DNA of 64,000 nt from Chrysomallon squamiferum (taxonomy: Eukaryota > Animalia > Mollusca): assembly GCA_012295275.1 (NCBI GenBank), contig CM022665.1:4960001-5024000 (forward strand), read 5' to 3'. The notes under the pieces were generated by a model. That model saw nothing but the letters and a program-made list of their open reading frames with translations. It was not told the DNA's origin and did no database searches. Position numbers and translations under genes: made by a program. Below, piece by piece: positions 52,591-64,000 of this stretch (position 1 is the stretch's first letter; every line of letters begins with the position of its first letter).

Positions 52591-54450
52591 TCAAGGTTAA
52601 AATCAATAATGAAGTAAGTAAAAGAGTACAGTTACAAAAATATCTGGGTGCACTCATAATTTTATAGTGTGATATCATAGTATTCAGACCATATACATTC
52701 ACAAGTGTGTGGAATGTCTGCCAAAAAGCAGAAATATGCCTTTTTCAAAATTGTGACTCCAAAAAACAAAATTCTTCTTTTTTTACTTTTCATTTTAATT
52801 TTTAGTTTTATAAAATATTAAAACTTGATTGAAATTGCAGTATTGAAAATGGAAAAGGGAAGAGTGCAGCGTCTGCACACTGCTTTTTCATATTGTTGCA
52901 AATGCAAGTGCAAAAGTTGTTTTCTTCAGAAGAAAATCACATTAATAATCTTATCTTTGTATTAAACAATCTGTTATTTTGCCAATGGGATATTGTTACG
53001 TATTAGTTCATTACAGTAGTCCTTGGAACAAATTTAACTGTTGGCCTCTTTCCTATCGCCATTACAAAGTCACAAGACTGTTGCTTATTATTTTGATCAT
53101 AATATTCATTATATTCTGCAGATCTCATTAAAGTGTTCATTATGTATTCATTCTCTTTTTCAAAAAACAGTAAACATCTTACATATTAAGAACTTTGTGT
53201 TTTGAATATGAAAGCTGTATAAATTCATAATCCCTGTATTTAAACAAAAATAATAATAATAATTAAAAAATAACATAGTTAAAAACCATTTTACAGACAT
53301 GTTTTGTCTATATATTTGGAATGACAATTTTACAATTAATATTTCTATCTCTAGATGGTTAAACAAAAATGTTTAAATTAATAATAAATTGGAAAAGGAA
53401 AATAAAAATAATAATAATAATAAAAAAAACTGCAGCAACTTTCACCAACTAAATTTTACAATTGTGTTACTCTGGGGAAAAAAGAAGTATAAATTCCAAC
53501 AGTATTTGTTATGTCTGGAGAATGATAATTTAGATAAATCTCAAAATGCATGAAATCTTTATTTGATATTTCAGGATTACAGGGTAGAAAAAACTGAACA
53601 CAGCAAAACTGCATGTTTCTGTGCTGTTAGTATATCACTGTTAAAACCATTTCTTCGTATTTAATTATACTTTCACACTTAAAACATTATTTTTATTGAA
53701 ACTAATGGCCATTTCATCATTGTTTTCACATTTAGACAGCAAAGGCCCAATGTGACTCACCACATTTACATCCTCCTCCCATTGAGAAACAGTTCCTTAT
53801 CTCTCCACCAGCATCACCCCCAGTTGGATGGGAACAGATGCGTGAAGCAGAGCCTGGCATCAACTTTGATCTTCTCGCAGCCATAGCAAAACTGGCTCCT
53901 GGTAAGAGCACATTACCTTACAGTTTGAAACATATTCAGTAAAATACAGAAATTATAACCGATTCATCTGAGACTTCATTATTTACATAAAATCAATATA
54001 CGTTCTGGGTCTTTATCACAAAAGTTTGTTCATGATCAAAATTTAACCCTTTTGATAATTTTGATTTTATTCTCTACAGGAAATCATCCTTTGACATTTT
54101 TCTTGTTCAGAGCAGAAAAAAAATGTGTGTGTTTTTAATCAGATGTCAGCAAATTAAAGTTCAGATGCTGTAAGTTTGAACATTTTTGAAGAATGTTGAT
54201 AATGTCAGATAGTTTCAAGCTGAAACTTTTTCATGTCGATTACTGTCAAGGAAAATGCCAGGTACCTTTACATTATTAATAAATGTTTTAATTATTATTT
54301 TTATTTCTTTTAAATTCAGGTGAAGCCCATGAACTACATCCCCAGTCAGAATCTCAACCAGGTATAGTTGTACACATATGCGAAGACCCAGAGGGATTTA
54401 ATGATCCGGACCGTCCTCGAATTGTTCAAACCAAGAGACCACAAACGTGA
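49520..54450 (+). CDS. RCAN: Calcipressin / regulator of calcineurin (197 aa)
   Basis: Exons 49520-49642, 50941-51114, 53736-53901, 54320-54450. RRM-like [19 protein letters not shown] (LxxP), the signature [21 protein letters not shown] (PxIxIT-like) and a C-terminal TKRP. Confidence 0.96.
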
Positions 54451-57400
54451 TATTCATGTGAATAAACTCTGGGGAATAAACCAATACATTTATAAAAGGA
54501 CAAAATGGAAATGCATGATTTTCATGCAGGTTCATCCTTTCAACAATATCCATTGTCAAACACTTGTAACAAAAAAAAGCTAATATTTCAGTTGGCTTTC
54601 TGCTAAAAAGCAGAAAATATTAACATTTGATAAATAATACCTCAAGTGGTAACTACTTCATAACTGTTAGATTATTTGATCTCAAAGTTGAAGGACAAGT
54701 TTTTTGTGTTTCTTTTCATCCTTATGATGTCAACTAATTAAGTTTCAGTCTTTATATCTGATGATAGCTTTTGCGGAAACCAAAGAAATTGTTGTGGGTT
54801 TTTTTTTTTTTGGATTCCAGAACATGTTTTTTTTTAATTAGAATTGATATTTAAAGGTGATATTGTGAATTTTGTTATGCATACGTGTTGATATTTATAG
54901 TGTGTCATTATAATTTATATACTAAACTTTATATTTTTTCTTACAGCATCTGTTTAGAACTAGAACATTTTGTTGTATATTTTTATCTTTGTGTTCAACT
55001 TAAAATTCTGTCTCTACTTATTTATTTGATAGATTAATTTCATGTCAGACAGAAAACTTACATTTTAACCATGGTATACAGGGTTTTTCAGTTCTTTTTC
55101 TTTTTAAATGTTACAAAATGAGATTTTTTATCATTCATTAGCACCATGGTCCCAGTAATTTTTACAACAGATTATCTGAAATTTGATATTGATTATCAGT
55201 ATTTTATATTCACCAATTTTTGGAATCTCATTGTCTAAGAACAAGTTTTGTTTTTTTTGGTTCCCCCACCCCCAAGTACATATTTCTTTGTTAAATAATT
55301 TTATCAGTACATAAGAACTTAATTCCATTAACAAACTAAGAACTGTTTTATATACAGAAGTTACCAGGCGATACATACTGAGATTTTCAAAATAATATAA
55401 CTGAAAATTGATGCCTGTGGAAGAATGTTTGGCCAAAATTTACATTGCTAAATGTCATTTTTCATTGATGGTTTTTCAGAAGTTTGTTGTTATAGAAGTT
55501 ATGTGCATTACTAAACTTGTGAAAAAATTCATTAGTTCATATATGTTTGATGCTAAATGTGTGTTCTATACAAATAATGGCAATCATTTTTCCATGATGT
55601 TATTTACTTCTAGAAAATGATATGTATAACCACAAAACTTTTATATTATATATATATTTATAAGTTTTGTGTGTTTGGGGTTTTTCAAATATTTTTTGGT
55701 TATTCGTTTATAAATCTGCCAAATTGGCATTTAATCTATGGACAATATTAATTCTGTTTACTAAACTCAAGAACTGACTTAATAACTTCTTTTTTTTATC
55801 AAAAGATATATACAAATTTAGAGAAAACATTTTTGTATTGCCCCTGTGGTGGCACTTTTATTTTTATTTGGGCTTGTATATTATATACATAAGAAAAATC
55901 ATTATGTGTTAGCTTTGTGTCATAGGAATAAATATTTAGTGATTCTTACAATGCTCAGAAAACATTATTGTTCTTTTCAGAATCTTTAGAATGAATGGAT
56001 CATTTGTATCATTTTTGCTATAAGAATGTTGGTATAATGTGCGAGACAAACAATACTCTGAAATAAAATATCAAATTTTTTAGTTTGTGTTATTTCATTT
56101 GTTCATTACAATGCTTTTTTTTTGCTTCTTATATGTATGTTGAACTGCATTTCTTTCGTAATTACTACTTTTAATATTATTTTTTTTTATATTACATTTG
56201 GTATCAGACACTTTCTGGTAACATTTCTGGAAATATATCAATTTAAAAATCAATAAAACTGAGTAATAATAATAATGACAAGATGTTCTGCCATGTTGTT
56301 TCAAAAGAAGATGGTAAATGTTAACACCTAGATTTGAATATACAGTAAAATCTTACAAATAAAACAATTATTTTAAAAACCTAAAATAAAATAAGGACTG
56401 CAACAATGTAACACATGTATTTTGATATTTTGCTGTCAGGACACAACTCAGTGGCAGATTTTAGGCCAATATTAAATTGTCAACTAAAATGACTTCCTAT
56501 TTCAGCGAGCCTTATGATAATATTTATAATTCATGTACAATACTGCAACAAAGTACAAAATAAATTTTAAAAATATCAAGTCAAGGCATATTTACATAAT
56601 GGTCTTCAAAAATAATAATACAAGAAAATGGGTGATATATTAATGATATGTATTATATGGAAAAGTACACACACCGATACACGTCATTATTTTGATTCGT
56701 TTGAAATTAATAAAATCTATTACCTTTAATAAAAATTCAGTTATTTCAGTATTATTTTAAATGATTTATAATATTAAAAGTTATTATTTAACTGTCCAGC
56801 TGCATGCTGTTTTGAAACTTTCATTACATTCCCCTTATTTTTATTGGAAGAAATGTATAAATAAAATAACGTTAATATGTCGGACTCTAAACTGTTGAGG
56901 CAGTGGCTACCGCCAACCAATCAGCTGGTGGAATACAAACGGATGACGACGCTGTAATCTTTAAGAGAAAGAACCTACAGAGGAACTTGTGCGATAACAA
57001 ATTTATAATATACAGGTAAAAACAAAATAAATATCTGTTTTATTAATATATGCAATGGGGAAAAAAAATAGATAGCTGTTCTATAACACAGTTTCCACAA
57101 CTGTCGTTGTATAAAATACACGCAAGATCTCCCAACTCCACGAAAGAAGATTTTTGTTGTTTTCTTCCTCCACATCCAAAGATTTTTCTCACTCTGAAGA
57201 ACTCTCCATTTGGAGATTCATATTGCTAATGTAAATATATTTAGATTTCACGATTTGGGAGATCTTGCTATTAGTAGTGATTGATTTTCCTGAATATATC
57301 TGTTTTAACAGTTAACTGATAACGTCACGATTGAAAAATTAAAACAAAATGGCTACACTGACCTATATTTTTTACATACAAGGACGCCGTTAAAAAACAG

Positions 57401-58533
57401 AACGTTGATAAACATCGATATTGCCTTTGTTGACATCACTTGATAGCATATCACTATATAGTATATGCTATTAAATAAACATTGACATTAAGAGGAAAAT
57501 AAAATTTAAAAAAAATGAAGCTGCTTGTTGCGATCTGTTTCATGAACATTATAAAAATAAAATACAGTGATACACCAAACGCGTACAAATTGTTATTATA
57601 TGTATTATATTTAATAACGAAGGGCAACTATAAAATAATTTAAAAGCCTCTGTAAATCATTAAATAATATTAGAAGGATGTATACAGAAATTCATTAAAA
57701 CTGACAAGCATTAACAATTAAACTTAAATTTACAATAACTTACTGAGGGAAAGTTTCTCCCCCCCCCCATCATTTAACAAAACAAAACCATAATTTGTGG
57801 CTCTCACAAGACGTATGGTTAAAGCAATATCTAAATATTTGAGAACAATAAGAATTTATTATAGTACTTATTTAAAACTAATTGTAGTATTCATTTTTCT
57901 TTATATCATAATAATAAACGAACAAACAAACAAAAAAAAAAAAAAAAAAACAACAACCACCCAAGAATATATATATATATACTTCAAAAATATTATTTAT
58001 TTACTTAATTATTTCCATAAATCAGTATTTGTTTGGTGTCTTTATCACAGAATTTATTTTATTTGTTCCAGTTTGTTGACTCCGAGGTTAGTTTAAAAAT
58101 AAAACAAAACAAAACATTGTAACATTAATTACATGAACAGAGGAAATCAAACTAGAATTAAATTAAAATTAGCATTGCAGTAGTAAAGCAGCAGAATTTC
58201 ACAGAATAACAGCTATACTATAGCCTACAGGTAACTAAACTACTCAAAAAATTACACTAAAGATTAATAAGAATTGCCAAAAAACCAAGATAAACTCTCC
58301 CCAAAAACATAAACATTGTTGATTATCAATCTATTTTAATGAGTTGCATACTAAATTGCAAAGGAGTATTTTCATTCTGTTGAAATAATTTTTATAAAAA
58401 GAAAATTGATCTTAATTTGATATTAAACTGTTTTAACGCAGACATTTGAAATTACATGCTAACCTGATTTTTCATTTTATTTGATAAAACAATATAAACT
58501 TATTCCTTTCTCGTATTTTACAGATTTTACAAA

Positions 58534-59782
58534 ATGCCTTCCACTAGAAGCAGCTTCATGCCATCTAGAAGATCATCTGGACAGAGACTGTCTAATCCCA
58601 AAAGTCAGATAGTGAAAACACCAAATAACAAACTTGTTAAATCATCATCTAGTTTATCTTCTGAAAAGGCCAAACCTGAAAAATCTCGACCTCTTAAAGC
58701 AGGCAGAAAACTGTCAGAAAATCTGGACACTGATTTACCAGGTTCTCCAAAACAAACCCCAAAACAAGCGACAACAGTCAGACAAAAGTCAAAGAAAGAA
58801 ACTGTCAAAGAAAAAAGTTCTGATTTCTGTGTTAAAACTGAAAAAACAAATCTCAGCAGGGATGTATCACTGCCTAATTATGAAGATGGTACAGGAAGGA
58901 AATTTCAAAAACTGACTAAAACAGATAAGAAAAGCATGTCCAATATCAGTTCAGAAAAAGATCTGAACAAAGAGGATTTAAGTGAGTCACAAAAGGAAAA
59001 TGCTAAGCATCAGAGTTTAACCCTTTTATCCGATTCAAAAGTTAAAGGTAAAAAAAGAGGAAGACCACCAAAGGAAGCAAAGACTGAGGAGAAGAAAATA
59101 TCAGAAGTTGACAAGTTAGTCAGTGATGAATCAGTGATTCAGAAAGAAGATTTATCTGGTAAACATATGCAGGGATATTTTGATATCACTGTTAAAAATC
59201 TTATAAGTAAATAATAACATAGGTATGATGAAGATTATTTGGATAATATTTAGATTGTTTCTATAATTTGTATATTTCAGACACAATTTTTTAAGGAAAT
59301 AGTCTGTTTGTTCAACTTTAGTTTATTAATTTTATTTCTTTGTTTGTTTGTTTGTTTGTTTGTTTATTTCTTATCAAATTCTTATACTGTTTGAATGGTA
59401 AACATTGCTATTTAGTTGTTCATCTTTTGCATATTCATATTGTGATCTTTATTTTTTATTTTTGTTTAATTGTCAGCAGTTAAGCCTGAACAATCAAACT
59501 CATCTGCAGATGATTTCTCACCAAGAAGAAGTGGCAGAGCAGTTGTACCTAACAGACGATATCTCGATTCAGAAGAGGATCACATGGTCAAAAAGAAACC
59601 TAAGAAAGGTACCTTATGTTTTTCTTATTTATCATTAAATTCATATAATAAAAATAATAATAATAATAATAATAAAGCTCTACATTTTAATTTCACTATA
59701 ATTAAAACATTGCAGATATTTTCAAAATATTATATAAATATTTTTGGACATAAAACAACTGCATACAGAATTTTTTTAATTG

Positions 59783-59846
<64 letters not shown>

Positions 59847-60888
59847 GTTGTTGTTGTTATCATTTGTTTCATCTGTCAGTGAAAATTTAATGCAATAGTT
59901 CATAATTCAAGAAATCATGTTTGTAGCTGACTGCAAAATTTACACTGTATTGCAGATATTAAGTAATTATAATATGGGTTTTTGTAAATCATTTACATGT
60001 TTAAAATGATTTATTGCTGTAAGAAACTTGTTAACTGAAACAAGTATTTTTAATTATGGTTTGCTGTGTTTGTATGTATAACTTAAAACAATGACAGTTA
60101 ATTATTTAAAAAATATAACCTGCTAACATCAGTCAATAAGCTTATTAAATTTCCCTCCAGGAAAAAACCCAAAAACAAAACAAAACAAAACATTAACTGA
60201 GAAGTTATCATTTTATTCAAATAAAAAAAAAATGAAGAAAAAAAGAAGTCATTTTCAGTTCTGTACAGTAATTGGAAACATCTGATTTACTCATTTCAAA
60301 GTATCAATCAATATTTTATTTCAAATGTTTAAATTGTTCAGAGGTGACTGCAAAAAAGCTAGAGAAAAAAGAGCTAAAGTTCAGTCCTGGATGGTCAGTC
60401 AAATCACAAAGAAAAAGGTATGACTATTTTTTTACAAATATATTTTGACATTATTGCCATATGTTGTTAACTCAGAGAGGTGTGTGAGCAAGAATGTATA
60501 TTTGTGCCATAGATGTTAACAAATGGAAAATTGATTTAAGTTACAGAGTAAATTACTTCATATCTTGTAGTTGTAGATCTATTGCAAAGGGAGTAAATCA
60601 TTTTTAAAGGATATTAAATATGTTTAGCAGTTTTAATGATTATGAGTACAATGTGAACATAGGTTTTCAAAGAGATACCGATTATAAAATTAAAATAGGA
60701 GAAATGGCTGCTATGGCAAAATGTATGTGTGAATAATTATGTCTATTTAACTGCACCAAAAACACATAAATTACAAATGTATATAATAATTTAATAAATC
60801 TTCATACATTACATGTTAATTTAAAATATGTATCATTTTGATTTCATTTACCTAGCATTTAATGTACAGAACAGTTATAAGTGATAAA

Positions 60889-60950
<62 letters not shown>

Positions 60951-62942
60951 TGTGTGTTTGTGTGTGTGTGCACACGCACACACACACACGCACACACATA
61001 TATACACCAAAGATTGTTATTCTTTGGTACATTTCTGGCCAAATATATTCGCACACAATTACTGAAAAGTTACTAAATAAAGAAAAAAAATAACACGTTT
61101 CTGCTGCAGACAGTAATCATTTTATAAATTAATGTTATCTTGATGGCTGATGTAGTAGTGTATGTAGTGGTGGTGGTTAGGAAAAGAGGAGGCTACTGAG
61201 GCCCCACTTCCCCCTCACCATCACTTATTGGTAGAGAAGAATTTGTGTCCTTCTCATGATTACTGAAGGGTACAGAAGAACCTTGTTCCTCATCACTGGT
61301 TAAAGTGAGTTTGGGTAAAGGGGAATAAGTGACCATTTCAAATCACTCCAATGTGTGGAGAGAAATGCCTGAGCAGCTTCTAAATTGCTATTTGAAGAGA
61401 GCCCCTAAAAAACACAACAATAAAAACAAATATGGCAGATAAAATGGTCTCTGTAGAACAGACCATTGTCGTAGTCAGTCTCAGAGTTGTTTGTACTGAA
61501 TATTTTATATTATTGTGACTTTATATGTTTTATCTTTTTTCAATGACATTGAATGAAACAGTGTTAAAGAGGGAGATTCTCTATGTGATTTTTTTTTTGT
61601 TTTGTTTTGTTTCAGTACTGAGAAAATAGGTTCGCAAATAAAAATAAAAGAAAAAACTAGACTCCCATTAAAAACATATAAAGATGAAAGTGAGAATGAT
61701 AAAGCCATTAGTGATGATGAAAATATTAAACAAGATGAGAATTCTGTTAGAGTAAGAACAATAAATTTGAGTAAAAATGAGGTAATGAAGTCTGATTTAC
61801 AAAGCAAAGAAAAAACTATGCCTGTTTGCAATTTATATTTCAAAAAAATCAGTGAAGTTGTCTCTCAAATTAAACCAGCAGAACAGCCAGATGGTTGTAA
61901 AGGTGACATCCATTCTTCATTTACAAAAAGTGTACATTCGGCAGCAGATACCAGCAAGGAGTTAGTTCCAACAAAAGACATTCCTCACACAGATAATGAA
62001 AATTGTGTTGAAAAGGACACATCTTGTCAACACCAAGATGTAAATTCAGCATGCAACAGTTCTGTTTCCTCTTTCTCTAAGCCTGCTGACACAAATGATG
62101 ATTCGTCTTTAACTACCTCATTTCAGACAGCTGAGAACAAATCTTTGAGAGATGGTAAAGAACATATAAACAGTGAATATGCAGCAGATATTGTAAATAT
62201 ATCTGCAGTTAAAACACGTAAGGCAGCATCCAATGATGATATTGAGACCTCAACCTCTGATGATTCTAAACCATCTTCCTCAGTTGCAGATGTGACCAAG
62301 ATACCAACACCAGTTCAGGAAGATATTTCTGGACATAACCATACACAACAAAGTACTAAGGAATTGACTAACAAGAAAAATGAAATCAAAGAGATTCCAG
62401 TTGCTCACGGTGGAAAAGAGAATGTACCAGATATCACATCAACATCTATTTCAAACACTGATGAGAAAAGCAGTTCATCTGTGGGAACCATGATGACCAA
62501 GAGACCAGTGGTCCACATCCGAAGTTCCTCAGGAATCAGATCACCTCCTGAGATACAGACACAGACCATTTACAAAGTGAATCTTGATGGGACTTCAACT
62601 CGGACAGTGATTATCATGGATGCTGCTTGCAGTCCATGCAAAGGGAAGTCACTTCTCAAACAGTCGAAGTCTAAGAGGAATATAGAAACCCAGAGTAATA
62701 ATGAGGCTAATGAGAAAGAACTGTCTGACTACAGTGAACAAAAAGAATTAAAATCAGGTAAGCAGTTATGAAAGTATAGATTAACTGAGAAATTAAAACA
62801 AGAATAGACTGACTGGGGAAACGAAAAAATAAATTTAAAAAAATTAAAAATTATTATTATTTGAATCTAGTGTTATTTCTTGTTAATTAACTGCTACAAA
62901 TACATCAGTTTCGAATGAGTGTTTTTCAAATAAATAAGTTCT

Positions 62943-62982
<40 letters not shown>

Positions 62983-64000
62983 CAATATCAAACAATTTCC
63001 TTGTTTGTTTCTTGTTTTTTCATTAGATAAACTTTTAAAATTATTTTATTACAGGTACCAGTTCTTCACATGTGCTGCCTGCTGAAATGGTTACTTCAGA
63101 TGTGAAGGAATTTACTGAGGCAAACAACCAGAATACTCGGTTAGTTGAAAATCCATGCAGTCTGCTCTCGTCTACTGTTGACACCCATGGTTTCCATTCA
63201 GCTGTAAGAAAAGTACAAAAACCAACCACAAAACAAATTACATCCGACAACATGCCTCCACTTACAAAAATTGTTCCTGTTCAAGCGAAAAGCAACACCA
63301 TGAAAACAATCCAAAGTTCAGTGAACAGTGAGGCAAAGCTAGATGATTCTGTTTTAGAAACTCAGGATCCACGAATGTTAATGATGGATGCCAGCACAAA
63401 AAGAGCTGTGGCTTCCATCTTGTCACTGGAGTCAGGAATTACATTTTCACCGTCTGCTGTTAATTCCCAGACAGATTCTACAACATGTTCTGCACCAACA
63501 AGTAAAGACAATTTAGTTGATTTGCTGCCCAAAGCCATTTCCTCTTCAAATAACCTGATCACCCACACCAGTGAAACACCGTGTTCAGACACTGTGACCA
63601 TTCATTCCAGTGAAATACCATCTTCAAACACACTGACCATTCACACCACTGAAACCCCATCTTCAAACACAATGACCGTTCACCCCAGTGGAATATCATC
63701 TTCATATACACCTATCATCCATAACAGTGAAACATCGTCTTTGAGTACACTCACCATTCATGCCAGTGAAACACCCTCTCTAAACGCACAGACCATCCGC
63801 ACCTGTGTTGGAGAATCACTTTCCAGTGGGATTCCACAGATGAATGTCATATCAGCTGAGTCTAAAAACATAACATCCATCAGCTCCACAGATGTTGTGG
63901 ATGGCTCTGAGTGTGCAAATTCTGATTTCACATCTCTATGGTCAGACATTTTAGAAACCAGTTCAGTCGCAGCAGTACAGATATCAGACATTACCGATCT
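58534..64000 (+). CDS. Large low-complexity protein with an AT-hook, probably nuclear (5' part; continues past the window)
   Basis: Phase-consistent exons 58534-59158, 59477(or 59480)-59608, 60342-60417, 61616-62757, 63055 to beyond 64000. AT-hook KKRGRPPK, a RRSGRAVVPNRRY motif, and Lys/Ser/Thr-rich disorder. No diagnostic domain in the window. Confidence 0.82.
63543..63803 (+). repeat. Coding 39-nt (13-aa) tandem repeat, ~6.7 copies
   Basis: SSNNLITHTSETP / CSDTVTIHSSEIP / SSNTLTIHTTETP / SSNTMTVHPSGIS / SSYTPIIHNSETS / SLSTLTIHASETP. Confidence 0.85.

Overview
AT-rich, microsatellite-dense invertebrate animal DNA with GT-AG spliced genes. It looks lophotrochozoan or molluscan, but the host cannot be fixed from sequence alone. 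Host genes: a small minus-strand coiled-coil gene (about 3.9-5.8 kb), an intronless orphan ORF (22.3-22.8 kb), two tandem paralogous type-I membrane proteins with a SUEL/rhamnose-binding-lectin-like domain (25.3-36.5 kb and 41.6-47.6 kb), a complete RCAN/calcipressin gene (49.5-54.5 kb), and the 5' part of a large AT-hook protein gene (58.5 kb to the window end). The most interesting region is 11.8-20.9 kb, a same-strand array of decayed parvovirus-like elements. It holds at least four distinct NS1/Rep (HUH + SF3 helicase) sequences, and the pair I compared codon by codon differs mostly at silent sites. The reconstructed unit is: hairpin terminus, gene X (apparently a nuclease-less, motif-decayed duplicate of the NS1 helicase half), NS1, a small novel ORF-C, poly(A) signal, then a long terminal palindrome with a GCGTACGC apex and CCGAR pentamer repeats. 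No capsid gene is visible. All alignments were done by eye and no database searches were run.
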